A stretch of 64,000 bases of DNA from Centroscyllium fabricii (GCA_051313645.2 JBNRSN020000007.1:249612001-249676000), one strand, 5' to 3'; positions 36,625-48,574 are shown, counted from the first letter of the stretch. The notes: generated from the sequence alone by a model not told the origin. Translations and numbers: made by a program.

Positions 36625-36771
36625 GCTATGGTACAACATGGAGAATAGTACGATTACAGTAATACAGATATATACATAACAGGGTGGATATATACAGGAA
36701 CCAGTGGTTTACCACAAGAACATCCTTCCTCAGATAAGGTGACCAAAACTGCACACATTACTCAAGATTAT

Positions 36772-37528
36772 GGGTGCAAAATTCACGTTCTAGCGCTGGT
36801 CCATTAGCGCCAACCGGGCAGCGCCAAATTAGTGCTAAAAATAGCGCCCAGCGCTAAATTCTGCTGGCCACTAAGTTGGGGGCTAACTGGTAGCGCCCGA
36901 ATGAATTTAGCACCCAGCTGGACGTCGGTAATGACGTCATCAGGCCGCGCAGCGCCTGGGAGGCGCCCACGGCCAAAATTGGGCAGCACCCGCCGCCTTG
37001 CCCCTGGGCGCTGCCCGCGCCAGCTTTCCCTGGCCGAAAAAGCAGAGCGTTGCTTAAAGGGAAGTGCGACGGTCGGCCATTTTTATTGCTGGTCGACCGC
37101 CAGCACCTTCCCCCTCAGCCTCCCCCGGCTTCCCCCGCAACTCCCCCAGCGGGGTCAGGCCTCCCTCAGCTGAGCCAGGCACTTCCCTCCAGTGCCGGGC
37201 TCGTTCTCCGGCTCCTGATCCCTCGGCGGCCCCATGGGGCTCTGGCCGCAGCCGTACTAGGCCCCTCCCCTTTAATGGGGGAGGAAGGCCTGCGGTCACG
37301 CGGGCCGCTGCTATGGCCTTATTCACGCAGTGCAGCGTGGCGCCCAAGCCACGGTATTCGGCCGCCTTGCACTAACAGTGAGGCGGCCCGCCCAATTCTG
37401 CACCCGTCCACCCGTAACGGGCGATGCAGCCAATATCGGCATTTTTAGCGGCAGCTCATCGCTGGTGCTAAAATTAGCACATCGCCCAGGTCAGCGCCAC
37501 AAAACATGGGCTGACCAATTTCTCCCCC
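36772..37528. mobile_element. MITE related to family B
   Basis: gggtgcaaaatt / aatttctccccc ends; repeated ttagcgcc motifs; interrupts the CR1. Confidence 0.7.
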
Positions 37529-38734
37529 ATGGTTTCACCAAGGCCCTGTACAACTGCAGCAAGACATCCTTGTTCCTGTACTCTCGCTACGAATGCCAAC
37601 ATACCATTTACCTTCTTCACCGCCTGCTGCACCTGCATGCTTACCTTCAGTGACTGGTATACAAAGACGCCCAGGTCTCATTGCACTTCCCCTTCACCCA
37701 ATCTATTGCCATTCAGATAATAATCTGCCTTCCTGTTTTTGACACCAAAGTGGATAACCTCGCATTTATCCACATAATATTGCATCTGCCATTTTTCTGC
37801 CCAATCACCCAACCTGTCCAAATCATACTAGAGCTTCTCGGCATCCTCCTCACAGCATACATGCCCACCCAGCTTTGTGTCATCTGCAAACTTGGAGATA
37901 TTACATCTAGTCCCCTTGTCCAGATCATTAATATATATTGTGAATAACTGGGGTCCAAGGACCAATCCCTGCAGTACCGCACTAGTCACTGTCTGCCACT
38001 CGGAAAAAGAGCCGTTTATTCTAACTCTTTGCTTTCTGTCTGCCAACCAGTTCTCTATCCAAGTCAATACCTTGCCCCCAATCCCATGTGCCTTAACTTT
38101 ACACTCTAATCTCTTATGCGGGACCTTGTTGAAAGCCTTTCGAAAGGCCAAGTACACCACATCCACTGGTTCTCCCTTATCTATTTTACCAGTTACATCC
38201 TCAAAAAATTCCAGAAGATTAGTCAAGCATGATTTACCTTTTGTAAATCCATGTTGACTTTGTCTGATCCAGTCACTATTTTCCAAGTACTCTGCTATTA
38301 CATCTTTTATAATGGGCTCTAGCATTTTCACCACTACTGATGTCAGGCCTACCGGTCTATAATTCCCCGTTTTCTCTCTACCACCTTTTTTGAACAGTGG
38401 GGTAACATTACCTACCCTCCAATCCATGGGTACTGTTCCAGAGTCTATCGAGTTTTGGAAGATGACCAGCAAAGCATCCACTATTTGTGGGGCCACTTCC
38501 TTAATTACCCTATGATGTAGATTATCAGGCCATGGGGATTTATCGGCCTTCAATCCCGTCAATTTCTCTAACACCATTTCCCTACAAATGCTGATTTCAT
38601 TAGACCCCTTGTTCATCGACATCTCCAGGAGGTTGTTTGTGTCCTCCTTTGTGAAGACAGAACCAAAGTATGTATTTAATTGGTCTTCCATTTCTTTGTT
38701 CCCCATTATAAATTCCCCTGATTCTGACTGCAAG

Positions 38735-40140
38735 AGACAATAGACAATAGACAATAGACATTTACGGCACTTGAACAGGCCAGCCGGCCTACAAGTCGTG
38801 CCGCCCGATCCCTCCAGCTTCCCTTCTAATACCCTTCTCTCCCCATGTGGATATCCAGTTTCCTCTTGAACGCCTCCAGGCTGCCTGCCTCTACAATCCG
38901 TGCCGGCAGCCTATTCCAATCTCCCACAACCCTCTGCGTGAAGAACCCCCCTCTTCCTTCCCTTCTGAACTTTCCTCCCTGTATTTTATACTTGTGACCT
39001 CTCGTACCTATCTCCCCCATCCTTGGAAACAGTCTTTGTATGTCCACCTGGTCAATGCCCTTCATCATTTTGAATACCTCTATCAGGTCTCCCCTTGCCC
39101 TTCTTCTCTCCAGAGTGAACAGCCCCAGTTGCCCCAGCCTCTCCTCGTACGTCTTCCCTCCCATCCCCGGCAGCATCCTTGTGAATCTCCTCTGCACCCT
39201 CTCCAGAGTCTCCACGTCCTTCTTGTACCTCGGTGCCCAGAACTGAACGCAGTACTCCAAGTGCGGTCGTACCAGCGTTGTATACAGCCTCATCAACACC
39301 TCTCTGTCCCTAAACTCCAGGCCCCTATTGATGAATGCCAGTATCCCATAGGCCTTCTTTGCTGCCCTGTCCACCTGTGCGGCCGCCTTCAGTGACCTAT
39401 GCACATACACCCCCAGATCTCTCTGCTCCTCCGTTTCCTTTAACACTTTTCCGTTTAGTCTGTATTCCCTCCTTCCGTTCTTGCTGCCAAAATGCATCAC
39501 CTCACATTTCCCAGCATTGAACTCCATCTGCCATCTCTCAGCCCATCCCTGCATTCTTTCTATATCCCTCTGCAGTCTCTCCCCTCCTTCTTCCTCATCC
39601 ACTTCCCCTCCAATTTTAGTATCGTCCGCAAACTTACTGACCCACCCCTCTGTTCCTTCCTCCAAGTCATTTATGAAGATAGCGAACAGTAGTGGACCCA
39701 GCACTGATCCCTGCGGGACCCCGCTGGTGACCGGTCTCCAACTGGAGTAACATCCATCCACTACCACTCTCTGTCTCCTTTGCGCCAGCCAGTTCTCTAT
39801 CCAGTTAGCTATTCCCTCATTTACCCCACATCCCCTTACTTTCCTCATCAGTCTTCCATGTGGAACTTTATCAAAGGCCTTGCTGAAATCCATATAGATT
39901 ACATCAACCGCCTTCCCTTCATCCACACTCCTGGTCACTTCCTCAAAGAACTCTATCAGATTTGTCAGGCACGATTTGCCCTTCACAAATCCGTGCTGAC
40001 TGCTCCTAATGAATTTAACCTCTTCTAAGTGCCTATACACCCTATCCCTCAGTACCCTCTCCATTACTTTTCCCACCACTGAGGTCAGGCTGACCGGTCT
40101 GTAGTTTCCCGGTTCCTCCCTGGACCCTTTCTTAAAAGAC
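38735..40140 (-). mobile_element. Young 5'-truncated CR1 (uninterrupted RT ORF, about 440 aa) nested in the older CR1
   Basis: ORF 38826-40163 with all RT motifs; (gtctatt)n tail at 38735-38760. Confidence 0.95.
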
Positions 40141-40393
40141 CTACACTTAACTTCACCAATCATTTTCTCTTCACATATCTATAAAAGCTTTTACTGTCAG
40201 TTTATATGTTCACTGCAAAATTACTCTCATACTCTATTTTGCCGCTCTTAATTAATCCCTTTGTCCTCCTTTGTTGAATCCTAAACTGCTCCCAATCCTC
40301 AGATTTACTGCTTTTTCTGGCCAATTTATATGTCCTCTCCTTGTACCTTATGCTATCTCTAATTCCCCTTGTTAGCCACAGTTGAGTCACCTT

Positions 40394-40611
40394 TGATGTA
40401 ATAAACGAGTCTGATACATCAATAACTTTTAAGTAAAGTTTTAATCCACTATATTGTCACTATTTACAAAGGTGGGTTTTACCATGCTTCCGGATGAAGC
40501 ATCTACCCCATACTGAGCAATTCTAGTATTTATACTATCTGGGCACAGGAAGTGACATGTACAGAGTTCACCATTCAACCTTCCCCCGGAAGTTTGCTCA
40601 ATATCACCAGA
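40394..40611 (-). mobile_element. Short solo LTR (218 bp)
   Basis: TSD ACCTT at 40389-40393 and 40612-40616; tgatgta..atatcaccaga ends (one terminal base changed); interrupts the CR1. Confidence 0.7.
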
Positions 40612-41503
40612 ACCTTTTTGGTTTTATTTTTATGCCAAACTGGGATGAACAAATTCTGTCATTCATCCATGCGAACTTTGAATGTTTGCCATTGTCTATC
40701 CACCGTCAACCCTTTGAGTGACATTCCCCAATCAATCATACCCAACTCGCACCTCATACCATTGTAGTTTCCTTTATTTCAATTCAGGACCCTAGTCTCT
40801 GAGTCAACTCCTTCACTCTCCATCTTAATGAAGAATTTTATCACATTATGATCGCTCCGACCCAAGGGGCCTCGCACAACAAGATTGCTAATGAATCCTT
40901 TCTCATTACATAATACCCAGTCTAAAATTGCCTGATCTCTTGTTGGTTCCTTGACATATTGTTCCAAGAAACTATCCCGTATACACTTCAGGAATTCCTC
41001 CTCCACAGTATTGTTACTAATTTGGTTAGCCCAGTCTATATGTAGATTAAAGTCTCCCATGATAACTGTTGTGCCCTTATTGCATGCTTCTCTAATTTCC
41101 CTTTTAATGCCATCCCCAACCTTAGCATTACTGTTTGGAGGGCTATATACCACTCCCACTAACATTTTCTGCCCCTTGGTATTTCTCAGTTCTACCCATA
41201 CAGATTCCACATCATCAGAGCTAACATCCTTCCTTATTATTGTGTTAATCCCCTCTTTAACCAGCAATGCTACCCTGCCTCCTTTACCTTTTTGCCTGTC
41301 TTTCCTGAATATTGAATACCCCTGGATGTTTTGTTCCCAGCCTTGGCCATCCTGGAGCCATGTTTCCATAATCCCAATCATATCAAACTTTAAGGAAAAT
41401 ATTAAAGGACACAAAAGACACAATTGGTAAATGCAATATTAATTTGAAATATGTAATTACTTATTTTGTAGTTTCATTTAAAACCTTATCTTGGACATTA
41501 ACA

Positions 41504-41961
41504 GGGTCATTTTAACCCCTGTAAAATTAGGAGCTGTGAAAGTCATTAGGAACATAGGAATGTGAACATAGGAACAGGAGTAGGCCATGAAGGACCCATT
41601 GATGCACTCCTGCTCCTGCTGGCCCACTAACAGTGCCAGAAAAGCACTTACCTGCTCAATATGGCAGCTTCCGCCTCCCTATAGCTGCCGGGTTTCCTGT
41701 GTCCTGGGAAATCTGGCCCGCAGCCGTTAAATTCAAATGGCTCCCAAAGGCTGAGGCACGGAGCTTCATTTAAATATTATAATTACCAGCCTACCTCTCT
41801 AGAGTGGCTAACTTGGCCAATCCCAAACCCACCATGGTTAAATTAGAGGCAGGGGCGTTCGTGGCAGGTTGGGGTCGGGTTTCACATTTTTCAAATTTAA
41901 CCCACCTCCCCCCCCCACCTCCGCCCCTTTTCAGCCCATCTTACTGGGGTTAAAATGACCC
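41504..41961. mobile_element. MITE with 16-bp TIR gggtcattttaacccc
   Basis: Perfect TIR pair; contains a short CR1-tail fragment at about 41545-41588. Confidence 0.8.
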
Positions 41962-41979
41962 ATTAATGTCCAAGATAAT

Positions 41980-42742
41980 GGGCCAGAAATTCCAGTCTGC
42001 CCATATCGGGTTTAAGCTCTGGTGCGAGCGCACCAGAGCTTAAACCCGCAGGAAGCAGCCGGTAGCGCTGCTTCGGGTTTTCCTATGGCGGCCAGCGGGG
42101 GGGTTGGAGTTCCTGCGAGGTCCAGCGCAGGAAGCAGCAAACTACGGGTGCATCCAGGCATTCCGATTTTTAAAAAAGTTTTTCTACGGACCAAGACCAG
42201 TATTTTCTATGCTGGGAAAAAGCAGTCGTAAGTAGCCGTTTTTATCTGGTAAGTGTGTATTTTATTGATTTTAATTGTTGTTTTTTCAGGTTTTTAATTG
42301 TTGATAACTTTAAAGACAGGTAAGTATTTTTTTAGACCTGTGGAAAGTTGAAAAAAAATTCTGTAAATTTTAATTTTTTCTTTAAAATAGGTTATTTGTG
42401 TTAGTTGGGGTAATGTTAAAAAAATGTGGTGTTTGTAAAATTTTATTTTTGTGTTTAGATGTCTTTTGGGCAATCTCTCCTTTCAGAACTTGCACAGATT
42501 TCTCAGTGGAAGTTTTGAACGGAGAATTGGTTCCACTGATTGGCTCCCTGCCAATCAGGTGGTCTCAAAAGCCATCTCGCACTAATTACGCCCTTCAGAT
42601 GCCCATGAAACTCGCACAGAGCTCTGACAAGCTGGGCTAACTGCAATTTCTGAGTGCAAAAAAGCAAACCTGATTATGGGCAGTTCAAGTGCGTTAAGCA
42701 GGTACTGCACCCGCACGAAGGCTCCACTGCAATTTCTGGGCC
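41980..42742. mobile_element. MITE family C, inverted relative to 29838-30599
   Basis: TIRs gggccagaaatt / aatttctgggcc; TSD AAT at 41977-41979 and 42743-42745. Confidence 0.9.
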
Positions 42743-42856
42743 AATGTTTGAAATAAAACTATAAAATAAGTAATTACATATTTCACAATAATGTTGCATT
42801 TACCAATTGTGTCTTCTGTGTCTTTTAATATTTTCCTTAAAGATTTTGCTTTACAG

Positions 42857-42916
42857 TCTGGGGGTCTCTCAACAGGCTATGTTTGGCTTGACATTTTTAT
42901 CTAGAGCAGTGACTCT
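42857..42916 (+). CDS. Candidate host exon (phase 2-2): LGVSQQAMFGLTFLSRAVT
   Basis: ttttgctttacag acceptor, gtaagc donor; 60 nt; open only in phase 2. Confidence 0.55.
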
Positions 42917-43868
42917 GTAAGCTAAAGGCAGATCCTGCAGTGTGCACAGTTTCTGAGCATAGATCAGCGTGAGCCAAACAACAGAATGCTCCTCTCTCAA
43001 TGTCTAACAAAACCTATTTGATAATTTTTCAAAATTATTTAAAGAAAAAGTAGAGGTCAAATTTCAAAAGCTTTATTCAGGTAACATTTATAGAATAGGG
43101 AAGGTATATGTGTGAGAGAGAAAGAGCAACATTACAAATTATACTCATTACATACCTGTTACAGCTTTAGCTTGTTTTGAATTATAAATACTCATTAACC
43201 TTCAGAAGATTTATTTAGCTGCAAGAAAATTAAGGAGACAAAGAAATTGCCATTTCTTATCCTAATTTGAATTTATTTTTAAAAAAACAAATAAATTGGA
43301 TTTTAAAAGCAAACATAGGGGATGGAAATGCTCAAAAATCTGGCAGAATGGGAACCCAACTCCACTGTTAGCCTCTGGTCCTCACCCTGCCAGAATATCC
43401 AGGTTTAGGGTCAGATCATCTATTTAAAATATTTATGATAGGTGTCCATGCTGTTTGGGCAGAATTTGGGTATCCACTAAAGAGTGGGGAGGGGAGCGGG
43501 GAAGGAGGGACCTCAGAGCCACATGGGAATGCTACTAAAGGACCATGCTCCCAGCTTAGATTCCCTATAAATCCAACTTTCACAGTACAAGGACCCAAAT
43601 GATAGTTTCTTTTCAGTGTCACAATCTCTGAATACATATCAGGTGAAAACTGTGGGAAATGTGGTGGGGAATGCCTTCCCACTGAATCTACCTCCTTGTG
43701 ACGTCATGGGCCTTATTGGGTGGACACATCCGCCCACTCACCGAGATCCCAGAGAAACTGCTTCTGGGTCCTCTTCTAGGTCCTGACTGATTGCCCTCTT
43801 ACTCTGCTGCACTCACACGCCATTTTGTATTATAGAGTGGATTTTCCTCCTGAGCCTCCAAGCAGAAT

Positions 43869-45470
43869 TTTTTTTTTTTAATTCATTGATGGGATGTGGG
43901 CGTCGCTGGCTGGCTAAGCCTGCATTTAGTGCCCATCCCTAATTGCCCTTGAGAAGATGGTGGTGAGCCGCCATGTTGAACCGCTGCAGTCCATATGGTG
44001 TAGGTACACCCACAATGTTGTTAGGAAGGGAGTTCCAGGACTTTGGCCCAGTGACAGTGAAGGAGCGGCGATACAGGTCCAAGTCAGGATGGTGTGTGGC
44101 TTGGAGGGAAAATTGTAGGTGGTGCTGTTCCCATGCATCTGCTGCCCTTGTCCTTCTAAGTGGGAGAGGTCGCGGGTTTGGAAGGTGCTGTTGAAGGAGC
44201 TATGGCGAGTTGCTGCAGTGCATCTTGTAGATGGTACACACTGCAGCCACAGTGCGCCGGTGGTGGAGGGAGTGAATGTTGAAGGTGGTGGATGGAGAGC
44301 CAATCAAGCGGCCTGCTTTACCCTGAATGGTGTTGAGCTTCTTGAGTGTTGTTGGAGTTGCACTCATCCAGGCAAGTGGAGGGTATTCCATCACACTCCT
44401 GACTTGTGCCTTGTAGATGGTGGAAAGGCTTTGGGGAGTCAGGAGGTGAGACACTCGCCACAGAATTCCCAGCCTCTGGCCTGCTCTTGTAGCCACAGTA
44501 TTTATATGGCTGGTCCAGTTCAGTTTCCGATCAATGGTAACCCGCAGGATGTTGATAGTGGGGGATTCAGCGATGATAATGCCATTGAATGTCAAGGGGA
44601 GATGGTTAGAGTCTCGCTTGTTGGAGATGGTCATTGCCTGGCACTTGTGTGGTGCGAATGTTACTTGCCACTTGTCAGCCCAAGTCTGAATGTTGTCCAG
44701 ATCTTGCTGCATATGGACACAGACTGCGTCAGTATCTGATGAGTCTCGAATGGTGCTGAACAGTATGCAATCATCAGCAAACATCCCCACTTCTGACCTT
44801 ATGATGGAGGGAAGGTCATTGATGAAACAGCTGAAGATGGTTGGGCCTAGGACACTGCCCTGAGGAACTCCTGCAGTGATGTCCTGTGGTTGAGATGAAT
44901 GACCTCCAACAACCACAACTAACTTCCTTTGTGCTAGGTATGATTCCAACCAATGGAGAGTTTTCCCCTTGATTCCCATTGACTTCAGCTTTGCCAGGGC
45001 TCCTTGATGCCACACTCGATCAAATGCTGCCTTGATGTCAAGGGCAGTCACTCTCACCTCACCTCTTGAGTTCAGCTCTTTTGTCCATGTTTGGACCAAG
45101 GCTGTAATGAGGTCAGGAGCTGAGTGGCCCTGGCGGAACCCAAACTGGGCGTCAGTTAGCAGGTTATTGCTGAGTAAGTGCCGCTTGATAGCACTGTCGA
45201 CGACACCTTCCATCACTTTGCTGATGATTGAGAGTAGACTGATGGTACGGTAATTGGCCGGGTTGGATTTGTCCTGCTTTTTGTAGACAGGACATACTTG
45301 GGCAATTTTTCACATTGCTGGTTAGATGCCAGTGTTGTAGCTGTACTGGAACAGCTTGGCTAGGCTTGCAGCTAGTTCTGGAGCACAAGTCTTCAGTACT
45401 ATTGCCGGAATGTTGTCAGGGCCCATAGCCTTTGCAGTATCCAGTGTCTTCAGCCATTTCTTGACATCAC
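43869..45470 (-). mobile_element. CR1-clade LINE (second lineage), 5'-truncated, with poly(A) tail
   Basis: ORF 44200-45216 AQFGFRQGHS..ALDIKAAFDRVWH..AGVPQGSVLGP..FADD; T-run at about 43869-43879. Confidence 0.92.
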
Positions 45471-45924
45471 TCAATAAATTTCCCAGTAGTCCCGAGGCTG
45501 TAGAAGAACTCCTGCTCCTCCCAGCCCCACACAATTGAAGAGAAACTCGCCTGCAGTATGATCTTTGGCCGCACGCTCCACCTAGCCCTGTCCAAAAATG
45601 GTAATCAGGGTCCATTGTACATCATAAGACCCCGATTAGCATTTCAAATGGGCCCACTACCAGACTCAGGTCACCACCATGGTCGTCCAATGGTAGGTCC
45701 TGGTGAACATCGCCGCGCCTACAGCGACAGTGGCAACAGGGTGGCAGGTCATTGCCTCGTTTCTAGCATATGATATGCCTCAAAATATACTTCCATGAGT
45801 GTGCTCCAGGCTCCAAGGAAATTCTGGGCCAAAGCTTCTAATTATCATCTGACTATCTCCTGTGTGTTGATAGTTAGAAAAAGTAGGCATTCTAATTATT
45901 GACACCTGTGACACACATAAACAG

Positions 45925-46025
45925 ACATTGGGAGAGATAAAGATAGACAGACAGATAGAGAGAGAGGCAGACAGAGTGGGAGGGAGGGGACAGACAGAGA
46001 GAAACAGAGAGACAGGCACAGACAT
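45925..46025. repeat. Degenerate (AG/AGAC)n microsatellite
   Basis: agatagacagacagatagagagagaggcagacagag.. Confidence 0.7.
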
Positions 46026-46643
46026 ACACTTCCAAGAAGCAATCACGAAATACCAAATTTAATGTATGCAGAGATCTCTTAGAAACGTATAAACTTTCTA
46101 CATGCTGTCAAACTAAGTACACCCTAACCCCCACCCACTGCTGTCTGGCCCATGCCCTCCCCTCCCCTCACTGCTGACAGATATCAGGGGGTCATTTTCA
46201 ACTTCACCACACGGGAAGTCATCTTATTTCAATAGAATGAAAATTGGGGAAGATCTATAATGGGCAGGACATGAAGGTGAAAATTACCCCCCTAGAATCT
46301 ACCAGTGAGCCAAAGCCGGTCTTCCAACTCCAGTTTTGCCAAATTGAAGATCCATCCCCTGTACTACCAAAGTGCAGGACTTCCTCTAGTGCAGCTAAAC
46401 CCCAAACCCCAAACACTGCTAAATATCTAACCCCAATCTTGCTAAGTATTCTCTGTTTTAAAACTGGTAAAGGATTAAATTAAATATATTGGCAAATAAA
46501 TATTTAGATACAGACTGAGGTAGAATAGTAAAAATTGAGCATATAGAGGGCAAGTATCAAGGTTTAGTTGTAGGAAAGGCAGATCTATAGTAGATACGCT
46601 CACAAAGGGTTAACATACTAACAACCTTTTGTTTGTCTTACAG

Positions 46644-46730
46644 AGCAGAGGAAACAAAACTTACAGGCTTTGACGAGTTTCTGAAGAAACTAAACTTAAT
46701 AGACAAAGAGGTTGAGAGCATGAGATCATT
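46644..46730 (+). CDS. Candidate host exon (phase 2-2): AEETKLTGFDEFLKKLNLIDKEVESMRS
   Basis: Strong acceptor ttttgtttgtcttacag, gtatgt donor; 87 nt; open only in phase 2; amphipathic/coiled-coil-like. Confidence 0.6.
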
Positions 46731-47459
46731 GTATGTTATCTATAATGTGTCATAAGCCACACCCAAGTAAAAGAAATATGTGTAACTCTTTAAAATGGCT
46801 GGATCCTCAAGGAGGTGGTGTAGTTATTTTGTGTATAAATGTATGTGTTTTCCAATGGCTAATCAGAGTTGGCTTCACATAGGGATGTGAGGTGACTCTC
46901 CAGGCCTGTAATAAACCATTTTGACTTCAATCATTAGGTCTGTCTCTCTTTCAACAAGCCAGTGGCGTCGACCTCGTATATCACTTAGTCCGCACTTTGG
47001 GGGCTTACTTCACAGACCACTCATTATTCATAGAGAGTTGTAAACTTCAAACCCTAAAGCATCAATAAAAATTGCAGAATACCATTTTGAATGATATAAA
47101 ACAGTATACCTACCAACCCACTTTTAATAATCTCATGGGCAATCTGCAGGTAAATAGAAAATAGAAAAGCAAGGAGCATTTTGGGTCAGACTTCTTGGCT
47201 TGAAAGCGTGCAGCAATAGCATTATTATTTAATGAGCCTGTTGCTTTATTGATTGCAATTCAGCTCTTGAACGAAAGCCAGTGTGTAACAATTATTTATT
47301 ATGTTGACAGAGAGCTGCAGATAACAGCAATGAATCTATTTATTAGAATATGAAATGGACCAGACTCCTCCAGAACTCACTGAAATGACAACATATATGC
47401 CATTTATGAATTCATTTTCCCTCTGAGTACCTAGCTCTGTTCATGTGTTTTACTAGTAT

Positions 47460-47788
47460 TTATATACTGTGCAGTATTGTGCTCCACACCATAGAGAGGA
47501 GATTGAGGTTTTAGAGAGTGTACAATGGAAATTCACTAGGATGCTAACTGGCATGAGGAAATACTAATAAGAAGGAAGACTTGAACAATGCAGATATAAT
47601 AGAAGAGTTTAAAATTATGAAAGGATGGAACAAGGCAGATACAAGCAAATTGTTTCCAGCAGTTGTGAGGTCAAGAACAAGAGGCTATAGATGCAAGGAA
47701 AAATGTAAGAGATTTAGAGCTAAAGGCATCAAAATATCACATTTATGAGGCTGTGGTAATTCACATCCAAGGTTAGTAGTTGAGGCAG
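47460..47788 (+). mobile_element. Decayed CR1 3' end
   Basis: tactgtgcagtattgtgctccacacc..aaattcactaggatgct..agaacaagaggctatag. Confidence 0.65.
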
Positions 47789-48128
47789 TGATGGGCAATC
47801 AATTACTGAGAAACAGCGAAGTTTAGCAACTGAGGCTTTTATTAACCTAAAACTGAAGTGTAGGTTGTATCATCATCTAGTCCTGGAATGCCACGAAGTC
47901 AGCAGGGTTGCTGCCTTTATACTGGTATCAAATGGGCGGCGCCCGGAGGCGGAGCCGGCTGTGGCATCCCAGATATCTTAAGGTGGCCACTTAAGGTGGC
48001 CAAGAGGCAACTATGTACAGAGACATGGATACAGGAATACAGAGTGTTGTCATGGTAACTATATACAATACAGGTACAGGGATACAGAGTGTCGTCATGG
48101 TAACTATGTACAATACTGGTTTACCACA
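47789..48128 (-). mobile_element. Solo LTR (340 bp) with an internal ~45-bp tandem duplication
   Basis: tgatggg..ggtttaccaca; TSD GGCAG at 47784-47788 and 48129-48133. Confidence 0.88.
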
Positions 48129-48307
48129 GGCAGTAACTACGGCCTTGATATTAACCCCCATACGTCGGGCGGGAGAGGGTCGGACAGGGTTAAAAAAAAT
48201 TAAACGGGGAACACCTTCAAAACTTGCCACGTACACGTCCATTGCCATTTTTACGGCGCTGGATTATTTTGTGTCATGCAACTGTCCCGCCGTCGAAAGG
48301 TGGGGCA

Positions 48308-48574
48308 TGTGGTAAACCACTATGTATATATATCTGTATCATATCCATGGCCTGTAACATTGTATATAGTTCTCTGTGTACTGCTTGTCTGGGCATGCCC
48401 ATGCTGACCCCGCCTGTGACTCCTCCTCCCAGGACAGGTATAAAGGTGACTGTCTCCCTCCCCCCATTCATTCCGGGAGCAATCGACTAGCTGGTGCATG
48501 CCCAAGCTTTAGTGAATAAAAGCCTTTTATTCACCACATAACTTCTCGTCTCCGAGGTTATTGATAAGGTATCA
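48308..48574 (+). mobile_element. Solo LTR (267 bp)
   Basis: tgtggtaaacc..gtatca; TSD GGGCA at 48303-48307 and 48575-48579; TATAAA and AATAAA present; similar to the LTR at 60653-60919. Confidence 0.9.

Larger units (their letters stand above)
31531..36716 (-). mobile_element. Full-length Ty3/Gypsy (Mag-like) LTR retrotransposon
   Basis: LTRs 31531-31831 and 36358-36716; TSD AGAAC at 31526-31530 and 36717-36721; polypurine tract aaagaaggggtgaa next to the 3' LTR; gag-PR-RT-RH-INT order. Confidence 0.97.
31015..41385 (-). mobile_element. One HER1-like CR1 LINE fragmented by four nested insertions
   Basis: Tail at 31015; ORF2 pieces 31096-31521, 36717-36770, 37530-38734, 40140-40390 and 40612-41385 are colinear (RT to APE). 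Confidence 0.9.
41388..42842. repeat. About 114-bp AT-rich inverted repeat (41388-41501 vs 41963-41979 + 42746-42842)
   Basis: ctttaaggaaaatattaaaggacacaaaagacacaattggtaaatgcaa.. is the reverse complement of ..ttgcatttaccaattgtgtcttctgtgtcttttaatattttccttaaag. Confidence 0.9.
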
